Source: an uncultured bacterium (GTDB lineage: Bacteria; Verrucomicrobiota; Verrucomicrobiia; Verrucomicrobiales; DEV007). From it: a stretch of DNA of 64,000 bases. The notes below the pieces were generated by a model that worked only from the letters and a program-made list of their open reading frames with translations, was not told where the DNA came from and did not search any database. Numbering within the stretch: the first letter of the stretch is position 1; every line of letters starts with the position of its first letter. Shown piece after piece: positions 29,651 to 39,979 of this stretch. The stretch spans positions 160,001 to 224,000 of the forward strand of contig CAXBMO010000005.1 in the NCBI GenBank assembly GCA_963977015.1, read 5' to 3'. The translations under genes and the position numbers were made by a program.

Positions 29651-32434
29651 TTAATTTCCGCAGGAAGCTGCGGCCGTCGATGCAAAACGCGTCACATAGC
29701 CGAGGAGGAGCTCGGGAGGCTGGGATGGATGTTGGCCAATAAAGTAGGAGTTCCCAAGATACTCACCCGTTGACGCCCAGGCAGAGACCATCCCGTCTTT
29801 CATCACGAGACTGACTTCGGGAATCGTAGAATCGCTACTTTTCAGATGGAGCAAACCGCGTTGATCCAGATAGGCGGCACTTCCATCGGGCCACGCGGCT
29901 TTGAACAGGCGAAACCGCGCCCCGCTCGGCGGAGGCGCCAGTTCAAAATCTTCCCAACATTCCCGACTATTTGAACTGGCGTAAATGTTGGGTTTCACCC
30001 ATTGCAGACGCGGAATCCCACCTGGGATCGTGAGCTGATGGTCTTCGCCACGCGACTTGACCAACAGGGAACCTCCCGGAGTCACGCCAACCGAGGAATA
30101 GCGGTTCCTGACATTTTGGGAACGCCGCAATATTTCGGTCGCACCGGGTTCCAGTCGCGCATCAATCTCCCCGGCGACCTCTTTCACCTCTCCCCGCCTG
30201 ATATCGACCAGGTATTGCCGCTCGACATTGTTCAAACCTTTTGGCTTCGCACGAATGGACAGCCTCGTTCCGTCCGAAGACATGCGAACCCGGCTGACAA
30301 ATGACGCTGGCACCGGCGGACAAACTGGCTCGGGAGGATCAAGCAGACAGAAGACGCTCAGATCAAAACTCATCGCCAATGGCGCGCTCCAATCCGAACT
30401 TTCCCAAACCAATTCTGACGTAAATCCGGGAAGGTCCGGGACTGCGGTCAGCTCGAATTGCTCCACCCGGACTCCAACCGCAAACCAGGTTGCTCCAATC
30501 TTCAAAAACCGTCCACAACCCCGCACACAACGCCCAACCCGCTGGGAAATCACCTTCCTCCCGTCCTGCAGCTGATGCCCGCTCAGCGCTTCGTCGCCTG
30601 CGAGCACCAAGGTCTCCTCCAGTCGAAACGTGTGATAAATCCGTTCGAGACCATGATTGATCCGCGTTTGGGAGGTTTCTCCGGATTCCAGATTTGCCGT
30701 CACCAGTTCGGCAGAGCGATCGGCCCGGGGAATCAGCAACCAGGCAAGCTGCCGTTCCGCATCAATTTCACTCCAGGAAACGACTCCCGAGGGAAGCACA
30801 TCACTCAGCATTCTGGCCCCGGAATTGGAGTTGGTCCAATGGGCCAGAATTCCGCTCTTGGTGTATCCAACCAAACCCGCCTTCGGGTCAAAAACCGTAT
30901 TTTGAGGTTTGATTGGCATCGCGAGCAGGAGCGGAAAGTCGGTCTGACGCAGAATCAACGGCAACGAAGCCGAACGATTGCGAAGAAGATCCGCGCCACT
31001 GATTTCGGAACCTCCGCTCAGAAGTTTTTCCAGATCCAGTCTGGCATGCTGCAGTTCCCGGCTGCCGCCGGCATTGTGAGCCCGCAATACAAAATTTCCT
31101 AACCCATCCACTGTCGCGAGAAAGAACTCCGATTCTGAATTCTGACGCATCACGTCGCGAAACTGACGATCCGCCACCACCGCAGAATGGGTGATGACAA
31201 CACAATCGACGTCTTCGCCGGCGGCCTGAAACCGTTCGAGAAACTGCGCCACCGCAGTTCCCGGCTCGGGCCCCGGACAGAGTCGGCTTAGCAAATCGCG
31301 TAGTCCCTCGCGCGAATCCGGCTCGGCATCGAGCAACTCCGCGCCATCCCAGGTTACCAGATCCACTTCAGCGTCCGGCTCACTTTGCATCGCAAAGGCA
31401 AGCGCCAGGCTGTGGGCAAAAACGCGAGGCAACCCCCAAAGCCGAATCCCGACATCAACAAAAATCGCCCTGCGCCGAGCGGGTTGCTTCGGCGGTGATT
31501 CCCGGCGTAGATAGAGCGCCTCATTGAGAGCCACCCGAACCGCGAGCACTTCCGGATCCTGCGCCAACTCGGAAACCAGCAACCGATCCAGGTTCCCGCG
31601 ATTGGCAATATCGCTGTAGCCGCCGAGCGGCATTTCATCCGGCTCGCTGAGCGGTTTGGGAAGTTGAACCACGGCGCTGAGCGTTTGGGCAATTCGGGCA
31701 ATCCCGGACAATTCGGCATCGCCATCCTCCTGAAGAGACTCAACGAGGGCACGAAGACGCTCGACAAAGGGTAACTCCTCCAACTCAGCAGGATTCAACA
31801 TTCCGGGCAGGCCTGTTTCCTGCAAGAATTCCACGTCAATATTCTGCAGGGCATCCAGGGTCATCGTGACGTTGCGAATGGTCTCCACCAGTCCAACCGT
31901 TGCGTCGTTTTCGGGCGGAGGAAGCTGGGCCACTTGAAACCGCTGGCGAATCAGGACCGCCGCTTCTTTGGAGCGGAACATCGCCGCAATCTCGAACGCT
32001 GAATCCTTCCCGAGATGATCTCCCGCATTCAGAAACGCGGCCTCCAGAATCGTCGCGCTGGTTTGCTTGTGAAAACCATTCTGGGCCGCCAATTGGTGAA
32101 CCCGGCGCAGCTGCGACTTCAAACGTTCGCCCCAATCCTGAGCTCGAAAATCGCCCCAACTCCCTGGATTTCTTCCACGAAGATAACGCTCCAATCGCTC
32201 CGCACCACCACCCGAGTCTTCCCAGCTTGCGCGACAGGCGGCAACAACGAGAAGGAGTTCCTCAAATTTGGGATAACCACGCAACTCCAGCCGACTGAGG
32301 ATGTTCTCGATTTCCGGATACAGCGCGAGCGTCCCGCCATCGAACCAAGTCACCGCATCGCCATCCGTGCTCCAGCGCCAGAACGTGCCACGTTCCGGCC
32401 AAATATAGTCGAGCACCAGTTCCTGAGGACTCAT
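29651..32434 (-). CDS. MoxR-vWA-beta-propeller (bpX) ternary system large subunit
   Basis: N-terminal FWRW..DG....W.DG.TL; LGGYSDIANRGNLDRLLVSELA..EALYLRRESPP; vWA-like IFVDVGIRLWG; beta-rich C-terminal half. ATGA-coupled to the upstream gene. Confidence 0.75.
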   Translation of the reverse strand: MSPQELVLDYIWPERGTFWRWSTDGDAVTWFDGGTLALYPEIENILSRLELRGYPKFEELLLVVAACRASWEDSGGGAERLERYLRGRNPGSWGDFRAQDWGERLKSQLRRVHQLAAQNGFHKQTSATILEAAFLNAGDHLGKDSAFEIAAMFRSKEAAVLIRQRFQVAQLPPPENDATVGLVETIRNVTMTLDALQNIDVEFLQETGLPGMLNPAELEELPFVERLRALVESLQEDGDAELSGIARIAQTLSAVVQLPKPLSEPDEMPLGGYSDIANRGNLDRLLVSELAQDPEVLAVRVALNEALYLRRESPPKQPARRRAIFVDVGIRLWGLPRVFAHSLALAFAMQSEPDAEVDLVTWDGAELLDAEPDSREGLRDLLSRLCPGPEPGTAVAQFLERFQAAGEDVDCVVITHSAVVADRQFRDVMRQNSESEFFLATVDGLGNFVLRAHNAGGSRELQHARLDLEKLLSGGSEISGADLLRNRSASLPLILRQTDFPLLLAMPIKPQNTVFDPKAGLVGYTKSGILAHWTNSNSGARMLSDVLPSGVVSWSEIDAERQLAWLLIPRADRSAELVTANLESGETSQTRINHGLERIYHTFRLEETLVLAGDEALSGHQLQDGRKVISQRVGRCVRGCGRFLKIGATWFAVGVRVEQFELTAVPDLPGFTSELVWESSDWSAPLAMSFDLSVFCLLDPPEPVCPPVPASFVSRVRMSSDGTRLSIRAKPKGLNNVERQYLVDIRRGEVKEVAGEIDARLEPGATEILRRSQNVRNRYSSVGVTPGGSLLVKSRGEDHQLTIPGGIPRLQWVKPNIYASSNSRECWEDFELAPPPSGARFRLFKAAWPDGSAAYLDQRGLLHLKSSDSTIPEVSLVMKDGMVSAWASTGEYLGNSYFIGQHPSQPPELLLGYVTRFASTAAASCGN

Positions 32435-33177
32435 CGGTTCGCAAACTGCGGATTTTGTGCGGTCAACCGAACCGCAGCCCTTGAAACGGGAACGAAATTG
32501 GCGCCTTCGATTCGCTCCCAATGCTCCCCCCGAAAGATCCCCAAATCTCCCGACACCAGCTGCATCGCCTGCGCCAGCACGGAGGAAGGGACGGGAGGGT
32601 CCAACCTTTGACCGAGCGGAATCGCGACTCCATCGGACTCGAAATACCGGCTCCCCGGCAACGACGGGATTGGCGTTCCTCTGACAATGACCGTCCCGTC
32701 ATATCCGGCGGCAAATCGAAGCTCTTTCCAGCGAATCTCGGCCGAGCTCCCCACCCATTTCTCCAAGTCGCTCAACGACGTCTGGAGAACGTTGGGTTCA
32801 CAATCGACCTTCCCAGATGGAGTCAGCCTTAGCGCCAATCGTTGGCTGAGTTTGCCCGGTAGCAGAAGCTGTTCAACGGTCGGCCGGGTCATCTCGCAAA
32901 GAGGTCGCCACTCCAACTCCGGTAATCGTGCGACCGGAATCTCCGACTCCAGCAGCGCCAATCCGTCCGGCGGCAACCAGCGAAACACCTGGGCGGAAAG
33001 GCGAGCCAACTCGACTGGAAGCGCCTCATCGTTTGACGAACCGCGCAACCAGACAACGCCCGCGCCCAATGCCGCTTCGACACCGGCGACCGTGCGGAGA
33101 TTGCCTACCGAGACGGCATCCTTCGCCTCGATTCGAGCAATCCAGACAAAACTCAGGTCTGTTGAAGTTGGATCCAC
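32431..33177 (-). CDS. bpX2-like accessory protein of the MoxR ternary system
   Basis: VWLRG, LPELEWRPL, ELRFAA, VRGTPIPSLPGSRY; overlaps both neighbouring genes. Confidence 0.65.
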   Translation of the reverse strand: MDPTSTDLSFVWIARIEAKDAVSVGNLRTVAGVEAALGAGVVWLRGSSNDEALPVELARLSAQVFRWLPPDGLALLESEIPVARLPELEWRPLCEMTRPTVEQLLLPGKLSQRLALRLTPSGKVDCEPNVLQTSLSDLEKWVGSSAEIRWKELRFAAGYDGTVIVRGTPIPSLPGSRYFESDGVAIPLGQRLDPPVPSSVLAQAMQLVSGDLGIFRGEHWERIEGANFVPVSRAAVRLTAQNPQFANR

Positions 33178-34313
33178 GCGTCAGCGACCTTTTCAGTCAG
33201 GAAATTTCGTTGTTCGTCATTCGCGAGCCATTGTGTCCGGTTCTCCACCGCGCTCAAGCGGTCCGAAATGGCATTCGGCAAACTTTCGCCGTTCGACAAA
33301 TAGGGCTGTGCATCAACCAGAACCCGCTCCAGTTCGCCTAACAACTCGTCTGGATTTGGCAAATCCGGCGACTCCGCTCGCGGATGAATTCGCGTTGCCT
33401 CATCTGCCGGATTCGCGTCCAGAATTTCGCGAACCGCAGAGCGCAGCAACTCTCGTTGCTCCTCGATGTCCCAAATGTGAGCCAGGACCCAAAGGTCGCT
33501 CGGATGGGCCAGGGTACGACCGCAAAGGATGGCGCTTGCCGCGATCAGTCTCTGCACTTTGACGGCTCGCCGATCGGAAATCTGGATCCCCATCGTCCTC
33601 AGCCGCACGACCAGGTCGACATAGGGCGCTTCCACCAAAGACAAATCGATCTGCCCGATCAAATTCCGAAGTTGAACGATCTCGTCGAGGGTCAAAACCT
33701 GACCAAGCGTTGATCCATTCTGGCCACGTTCCAGATTCCATCCCGCCCGGAGCACCTCGACCAATCCATCGTCGCCGACGTTATCACTTCGCACCCGCAA
33801 CAGGAATCGATCAAACAAGGCCCGAAGCGCGTCGTCTTCTGGAAGATGGTTACTCGCCCCCACCGCCATCAGCATCGGCAAGCGAAGGGTCTCCCGACCA
33901 CGGCGAAGCACGCGCTCGTTCAGGACGGAAAGCAGGCTGTTGAGAATCGCGGAATTGGCATTGAGCAGCTCATCGAGGAAGACCAGCGAAGCTTCGGGAA
34001 GCATTCCCTCGGTGTTGGTTTCGAGCACGCCATCCCGGAGTTTGCGAATGTCGAAGGGGCCAAACAGCTCGTTCGGCTCGGTGAATCGCGTCAGCAGGTA
34101 TTCAAAGGTCTGTCCCTCAATCCGCTTGCCCAATTCGTGAACCAAGGCGCTTTTCGCGGTGCCTGGAGGCCCCAAAATGAAGAGATTTTCGCCCGCGATC
34201 AGGCAAACGCTCATGAGGTCGACAACATCATCCTTGCCGACAAACGCGCTCTTCAGAGGAAGCAGGACGCCGCTTTGAAGCCGATCGATAAGTGGGGTAA
34301 AATCCGGAATCAT
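33153..34313 (-). CDS. MoxR/RavA-type AAA+ ATPase
   Basis: Walker A GPPGTAKS, EYLLTRFTEPNELFGP, Walker B VFLDE, ANSAILNSLL, ALFDRFLLR, SDRR. Confidence 0.93.
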   Translation of the reverse strand: MIPDFTPLIDRLQSGVLLPLKSAFVGKDDVVDLMSVCLIAGENLFILGPPGTAKSALVHELGKRIEGQTFEYLLTRFTEPNELFGPFDIRKLRDGVLETNTEGMLPEASLVFLDELLNANSAILNSLLSVLNERVLRRGRETLRLPMLMAVGASNHLPEDDALRALFDRFLLRVRSDNVGDDGLVEVLRAGWNLERGQNGSTLGQVLTLDEIVQLRNLIGQIDLSLVEAPYVDLVVRLRTMGIQISDRRAVKVQRLIAASAILCGRTLAHPSDLWVLAHIWDIEEQRELLRSAVREILDANPADEATRIHPRAESPDLPNPDELLGELERVLVDAQPYLSNGESLPNAISDRLSAVENRTQWLANDEQRNFLTEKVADAWIQLQQT

Positions 34314-34385
34314 GAAGGGAGGAGACACCGTAGTGGACGGATCCTAACTTGTCTACGTTCACCACAAGTGCCCGCACCGGAAAAA

Positions 34386-35744
34386 TCAGCCGCTCATCGG
34401 AAGGAGCCAAGCTCCGATCATCACAACCGGTAATCCGGCAAATCCCATGAGCGACATCATCACCGACGCCGTTTTCAGGGTTTCCACGGTCGTCATTCCG
34501 CTCATGCGGCTGATGATCCAGAACCCGCTATCATTCATCCATGGAATCGGTTTCGAACCGCAGCCAATGGCCAACGCCAGGTAAACGGGGTTGAAAGGCA
34601 GATCCTGGGCGAGCCCGCTGACGATCGAGATCGCGGTCACCATCGCCACGGTCGCCGATCCCTGGGCGACCCGAACCAACGTGGTGACGCCAAACGCAAT
34701 CGGCAGAATCAGCAATTTGGCGTCCGGCGAAATGTTCTGCAGCCACTCAATCAGGCCGGAATTCTCCTTGATGATGATTCCGAACGCGCCGCCGGCTGCC
34801 GTAATCAGGATGATCACGCCGCCACTGGAAAGCGCGGAGTGAATCGCGGAGGGAAGTTCGTCGCGGGATTTTTGTCGAACCAGCAAATACACGCCGGCCA
34901 TCGCCGCAATCGTCAACGCCACATTCTTGTTCCCAAGAATCTCAAGAACCTGCGCCCAAACCGGGATGACCAAATCTTCCGGCCGATTCTTATCAAGACC
35001 GAAGGCAAAATCCACCGCGGTCGCCCCGGCGAGCAACGGAAGCGGCAACAGAATCGGCAACAGCGACAGCAGTAGCGAGGGGAGTTTGGCAGGGTCCAGC
35101 TCCGGCGTTTCCGCATTGTCGAGATCGGAATCCCGCAATGGGATTTCCCATCTCCGATTCGCCCAATGCGCATAGAGAAGTCCGCAGGTCACGGTGAAGG
35201 CTCCGACGATCAGCCCGGCGACCACCATCTGCAAAAACGGGACTCCGAGCGACTCCGCAACCAACAACGGCCCGGGAGTCGGCGGAACGAGGGAATGCGC
35301 CATCGTCGCCCCGGCCACGATCGAAAGCACGAGGAGGAGGTAGTTTTTGCCAGTTCGCCGTGCCGCAGCGCGTCCCAACGGCATCAACAGGTAAAAAACC
35401 GTGTCAAAAAACACCGGGATGCCCAACACGAAGCTGCTTGAGGCAAACGCGGGTGACAGCCGTTTGTCGCCAAACAGGTTTCGGATCCCCAGGACGATTC
35501 GCTCGGCGGCACCGCTGTCCAACAGGCACTTCCCAATGATCGCGGCCATGGCAATGACGATCCCAACCTTGGCGCACATCGTCCCAAATCCCTCCGCGAT
35601 CGATTGACCAATCGTGGCGGGTTCCGTCACCGCAGCGACCGTGATCGAAGCCAAAATCAGAGCCAAAAACGCATGGAGCCGAAAAACGCCAATCGCCAAA
35701 ACGACAACGCCGATTCCAACCAACACAATGAGCAGGGGTTGCAT
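34386..35744 (-). CDS. GntP family permease
   Basis: LHAFLAL, IPVFFD, HSLVPPTPGP, ITAAGGAFG, RVAQGSATVA, NDSGFW. Confidence 0.92.
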   Translation of the reverse strand: MQPLLIVLVGIGVVVLAIGVFRLHAFLALILASITVAAVTEPATIGQSIAEGFGTMCAKVGIVIAMAAIIGKCLLDSGAAERIVLGIRNLFGDKRLSPAFASSSFVLGIPVFFDTVFYLLMPLGRAAARRTGKNYLLLVLSIVAGATMAHSLVPPTPGPLLVAESLGVPFLQMVVAGLIVGAFTVTCGLLYAHWANRRWEIPLRDSDLDNAETPELDPAKLPSLLLSLLPILLPLPLLAGATAVDFAFGLDKNRPEDLVIPVWAQVLEILGNKNVALTIAAMAGVYLLVRQKSRDELPSAIHSALSSGGVIILITAAGGAFGIIIKENSGLIEWLQNISPDAKLLILPIAFGVTTLVRVAQGSATVAMVTAISIVSGLAQDLPFNPVYLALAIGCGSKPIPWMNDSGFWIISRMSGMTTVETLKTASVMMSLMGFAGLPVVMIGAWLLPMSG

Positions 35745-35836
35745 GGCGACAGGATGAAGGCGAAAACGCGGCTGAAGCAAACTCGAAATTGATGGGATTG
35801 TTTGTCGAAGCCGTCAGACCATGTTCCTGTTGTGCG

Positions 35837-37285
35837 ATGATTCATTTTGCGATTTTGCTTCTCCTTTTGGGCTCAGCCGCGGCTGAATCACGGCCCAATC
35901 TGCTGCTGCTGCTGACGGATGACCAGCGTTGGGACACCTTGCGCTGCATGGGCAACGAGGAAATCCACACTCCCAATCTCGACGCATTGGCGGCACAGGG
36001 GATCCGATTTGAGAACGCATTTGTCGTCACTTCCATTTGCGCTGTGAGCCGCGGCAACATCCTCCTCGGCCAGTATGCCAGCTTCAGCGGCATTGACGAT
36101 TTTTACACTCCGATCCGTGATGAACAGTGGGCGGAAAGCTATCCCGGGGTTCTTCGCAAGGGAGGCTATCACACGGGTTTCATCGGGAAATGGGGCGTCG
36201 GTGCGACCAAGCCCGAACACATCGAGAACGTCCGCCCGCGTTTCGACAGTTGGGCCGGTTTCACCGATCAAGGCAACTTCTGGCATGAGGAGGCCTGTTC
36301 CTACGTGACTGAAAACGGCCATTGCGATTGCCCCGTCCCGGAAGGAAAAATGCCCCATCAGCCGAGACTCGGGCATGAAGGTTTCAAAAAGCCCGTTCAT
36401 CTCACAACCCGGATTATTCCTGACAAAGCCGACGCATTTTTCGCCTCGGCGGCTGATGACCGTCCGTTCTGCCTTTCCATCAGCTTCAAGGCTTCCCATG
36501 CGCCGTTTCAGGATTGGGACGAACAGTTCCGTGAAGACTACCGTGTGAATCTGTCGCAACGCCCAACCGCCAACCTGGAAGAGGCGATGAAGCAGCCCAG
36601 GTTTCTGCGCGAAAGTCTCGAAGCGGATTTTGGGCTCGGCGTGCTCGAAAACCCGGCTCATCTCCGGAGTTGGATGCGTCATTATTATCGGCAGATCGCC
36701 GGGATTGACCAAGCCGTCGGCAAGATCGTCGCATCGCTCAAGCAACACGGCCTGGATTCCAACACCGTGATCGTTTTTACCTCCGACAACGGCTGCTTCC
36801 TCGGCGAACACGGTTTTTGGGGAAAATGGCTCATGCACGAGGAATCCATCCGCGTTCCCTTTCTGGTTTTCGATCCTCGCCTGCCGGCAGAACAACGCGG
36901 CCAGGTCCGTCCCCAAATGGCGCTCAGCATCGATATCGCACCGACCTTGCTGGAGTTCGCCGGGCTTCCCATTCCCCGGTCGCCCCAAGGGAAAAGCCTC
37001 GTTCCCCTCTTAACCGATCCCAACTCCGCCTGGCGAGCCGATTGGTTTTACGAACACCATTTCTCCCTTCCCTCCCCCATGCAGATCGAAGCGTCGGAAG
37101 GCGTGCGGACACCACGTTGGAAATACATCCGCTACATCAATCAGGATCCCGTTTTTGAACAACTGTTCGACCTCGAAAACGATCCCTACGAAACGAAGAA
37201 TCTCGCCGGTGATCCAGGCCACTCCCAACAACTCTTCCTCCTGCGCAAACGTTGGGAAGACTGGTCGAGAAAGATTCGGGACTAG
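35837..37285 (+). CDS. Sulfatase, exported
   Basis: PNLLLLLTDDQR, ICAVSRGNILLG, GKWG, TSDNG, LFDLENDPYE. Confidence 0.9.
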   Translation: MIHFAILLLLLGSAAAESRPNLLLLLTDDQRWDTLRCMGNEEIHTPNLDALAAQGIRFENAFVVTSICAVSRGNILLGQYASFSGIDDFYTPIRDEQWAESYPGVLRKGGYHTGFIGKWGVGATKPEHIENVRPRFDSWAGFTDQGNFWHEEACSYVTENGHCDCPVPEGKMPHQPRLGHEGFKKPVHLTTRIIPDKADAFFASAADDRPFCLSISFKASHAPFQDWDEQFREDYRVNLSQRPTANLEEAMKQPRFLRESLEADFGLGVLENPAHLRSWMRHYYRQIAGIDQAVGKIVASLKQHGLDSNTVIVFTSDNGCFLGEHGFWGKWLMHEESIRVPFLVFDPRLPAEQRGQVRPQMALSIDIAPTLLEFAGLPIPRSPQGKSLVPLLTDPNSAWRADWFYEHHFSLPSPMQIEASEGVRTPRWKYIRYINQDPVFEQLFDLENDPYETKNLAGDPGHSQQLFLLRKRWEDWSRKIRD

Positions 37286-37329
37286 AAATTGCCGGTTGCG
37301 CTGCGCCTCCAGCCTTGGTAGGCAGCGAC

Positions 37330-38151
37330 ATGAAATTCGCGCTGTGCAATGAGATGTTTGGGGATTGGCCGTTTGAAAAAGCGTTCCGATTTGCCAAGGA
37401 GGTTGGTTACACCGGGATCGAGATTGCACCGTTCACCCTGGCTCCCGATGCCTATCAGATCACTCCCGGGCAATGTTCGGACACGAAAGCGCTGATCGAA
37501 GATCTCGGCCTGGAGACCGTCGGGGTTCACTGGCTTCTCGCGAAAACCGAAGGCTACTACCTGACCTCGCCCGAACCAGCGATGCAGGAGAAAACCGGGA
37601 ACTACTTCGCGCAACTCGCCAAAGTTTGCCGCGATTTGGGAGGCGACATCATGGTGCTCGGTTCACCACAACAGCGCAACCTGCTTCCCGGTGTGAGCCA
37701 TGATCAGGCGATGGAATACGCTGCGGCGACCCTCAAAATCGCCGAACCCGCGTTTCGTGATCACGGCGTAACCGTTGCCCTGGAACCGCTTGGCCCCGGC
37801 GAAGGCGATTTTCTCAACACCGCAGCGCTCGGCGTCGAACTGATGGGCTTGATCGATTCGCCAAACGTGCGTCTTCATCTCGACGTCAAAGCCATGTCCA
37901 GCGAGGACAAATCGGTTCCTGAGATCATCCGCGAAAACGCCGATACGGTCGCCCACTTTCACGCCAACGATCCCAATCTGCTCGGCCCGGGAATGGGCGA
38001 TGTCGACTTCGACCCCATTTTTGCCGCCCTCAAGGAAATCGATTACCGCGGCTGGGTTTCCGTCGAGGTGTTCGACTACTCGCCCGGCGTCGAGAAGATT
38101 TGTCGCGACAGCATGGCCACGATGCAGGCCAGCCTTGCCCGGGCATCCTGA
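37330..38151 (+). CDS. Sugar phosphate isomerase/epimerase (D-tagatose/psicose 3-epimerase-like TIM barrel)
   Basis: GYTGIEIAP, LEPL, LHLDVK, HFHAND, GPGMG, SVEVF. Confidence 0.88.
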   Translation: MKFALCNEMFGDWPFEKAFRFAKEVGYTGIEIAPFTLAPDAYQITPGQCSDTKALIEDLGLETVGVHWLLAKTEGYYLTSPEPAMQEKTGNYFAQLAKVCRDLGGDIMVLGSPQQRNLLPGVSHDQAMEYAAATLKIAEPAFRDHGVTVALEPLGPGEGDFLNTAALGVELMGLIDSPNVRLHLDVKAMSSEDKSVPEIIRENADTVAHFHANDPNLLGPGMGDVDFDPIFAALKEIDYRGWVSVEVFDYSPGVEKICRDSMATMQASLARAS

Positions 38152-38241
38152 GTCCAGGATCGGCCGGCCCCACCGGGAGCGAATCCCGGACGAAAAGGTT
38201 GAGAATGACCAGGTTGTTGCTTGGGTCTAAACCTCAACCTT

Positions 38242-39531
38242 ATGAAAACCTCTTTCGCTATTTTAGGGCTGGTCGCTTCCGCTTGCCTGTCTTCCCACGC
38301 CGAGTGGCCGGAATTTCGTGGCCCCACCCTTGATGGTCACGCTCCCAAAGACGCCAAATTCCCCACCGAATGGAGCGAGGAAAAGAACGTCACCTGGAAA
38401 ACCCCGCTCCATGGAAAAGGCTGGGCAACTCCGGTGGTCTGGGGCGACCAAATCTGGCTCACCACCGCGACCGATGACGGGAAACAGCAATCCGCCATTT
38501 GTGTCGACAAAAACAGCGGGAAGATCCTGTTTGATGAGATTCTCTTTGAAAACGCCGAGCCCCGCCCCCTCAGCAACAACCGCAATACCTACGCATCACC
38601 GTCCCCGGTGATCGAAGATGGCCGGGTCTACGTTCACTTCGGGAGTTATGGCACGGCCTGTCTCGATACGAAAACTTTCGAGACGCTGTGGGAACGCACC
38701 GACTTCGAGTGCCATCACTGGCGTGGTCCCGCCTCTTCCCCGGTTTCCTACGGTGACCTCCTGATCCTGACCTTTGACGGTGCCGATCACCAGTATTTGG
38801 CCGCAGTCGACAAGAAGACGGGCGAAACCGTCTGGAAACAGAAACGCTCCACGGATTATCGCGATCTCGACGCCAAAGGACACGTCAAAGCCGAAGGAGA
38901 CTTCCGAAAAGCCTACAACACGCCGGTGTTCATCGATTTCGGCGGGACAACACAAATGATCAGCCCCGGAGCCAAAGCCGCCTGGTCCTACGATCCTCTC
39001 ACCGGCAAGGAAAACTGGAGCCTCCACTGGAATGAACACTCCACCGCATCGCGAACCGTGTTCAGCGAAGAACTTGGCCTCATGTTTTTCAACACCGGAT
39101 ACGGAAAAAGCCAGCTTTGGGCGGTCAAAATCGACCCCACGGCAAAAGGCGAGCTCGATGAATCACTCATCGCCTGGAAACAAACCAAGCGGATGCCAAA
39201 TCGCTGTTCACCAATCTTGGCTGATGGGCAACTTTACGTGCTCTCCGATCAGGGAGTAGCGACCTGTCTCGATGCAGAAACAGGTGAAGAAGTCTGGAGC
39301 GAGCGCATCAGCGAAATCCCGTTCTCCGCCTCGATTTTCTACGGCGGCGGCCTTCTCTACTTCTTTGACGAAGCCGGCAAAGGAATCGTCGTGAAACCGG
39401 GCGACACCTTCGAGCTAGTCGCCGAGAACGAACTCGCTTCCGGCATGTTTGCCTCCCCTGGCGCTGACGGAAACGCCCTGATTTTGCGCACCACCACCGA
39501 TTTATACCGAATCGAAGCTCCGGGATCTTGA
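38242..39531 (+). CDS. PQQ-binding-like beta-propeller repeat protein
   Basis: Signal peptide; WPEFRGP; repeated CxDxxTGxxxW blades. Confidence 0.88.
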   Translation: MKTSFAILGLVASACLSSHAEWPEFRGPTLDGHAPKDAKFPTEWSEEKNVTWKTPLHGKGWATPVVWGDQIWLTTATDDGKQQSAICVDKNSGKILFDEILFENAEPRPLSNNRNTYASPSPVIEDGRVYVHFGSYGTACLDTKTFETLWERTDFECHHWRGPASSPVSYGDLLILTFDGADHQYLAAVDKKTGETVWKQKRSTDYRDLDAKGHVKAEGDFRKAYNTPVFIDFGGTTQMISPGAKAAWSYDPLTGKENWSLHWNEHSTASRTVFSEELGLMFFNTGYGKSQLWAVKIDPTAKGELDESLIAWKQTKRMPNRCSPILADGQLYVLSDQGVATCLDAETGEEVWSERISEIPFSASIFYGGGLLYFFDEAGKGIVVKPGDTFELVAENELASGMFASPGADGNALILRTTTDLYRIEAPGS

Positions 39532-39581
39532 CAGAACCCAGAACCGGCCTTTAGATCCCAACCCTCCCTCCGTGGAGATCC

Positions 39582-39652
39582 GGCGAGGTAGCCAAGTGGT
39601 AAGGCCGAGCTCTGCAAAAGCTCTATCGCGGGTTCGATTCCCGCCCTCGCCT
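39582..39652 (+). tRNA. tRNA-Cys(GCA), CCA not encoded
   Basis: GGCGAGGTAGCCAAGTGGTAAGGCCGAGCTCTGCAAAAGCTCTATCGCGGGTTCGATTCCCGCCCTCGCCT; U discriminator; TTGACA upstream at 39528. Confidence 0.95.
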
Positions 39653-39766
39653 TACTTTTCGTTCCACGAGGATCCTGTTCAATTGATCGGCGCTCGATCG
39701 ATGCTGGGTCTAAACCAAAATTTGGGAAGGAAATCGTTTTTCCCTGAACCAGAAATCCAAAGGGCT

Positions 39767-39937
39767 GTGTCCAAGAACAAAAAACTACAGCTCGTTGGTT
39801 GGATCTACTTCATCCTCTCTTCCCTGTTCTACATCGCATCCAGTATTCGCGTGGGAGACCTCTTGAGCACATTGGGTGGAATTTTCTTCTTCGGTGCGTG
39901 TCTGGTGTTTCTTTTCCAGCTTCTAACCGAAGATTAA
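39767..39937 (+). CDS. Small two-TM membrane protein (56 aa)
   Basis: GTG start; basic N-terminus, then two hydrophobic helices (GWIYFILSSLFYIASS, LGGIFFFGACLVFL). Confidence 0.6.
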   Translation: MSKNKKLQLVGWIYFILSSLFYIASSIRVGDLLSTLGGIFFFGACLVFLFQLLTED

Positions 39938-39979
39938 AGGGACCAGAAATCTGACGCCCTCGCGCCTGATTCGAGCAGT

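Noticed and set aside
39955-39963. CGCCCTCGC matching the tRNA-Cys 3' end as an attR
   Set aside because: Only 9 bp of GC-rich sequence; expected by chance.
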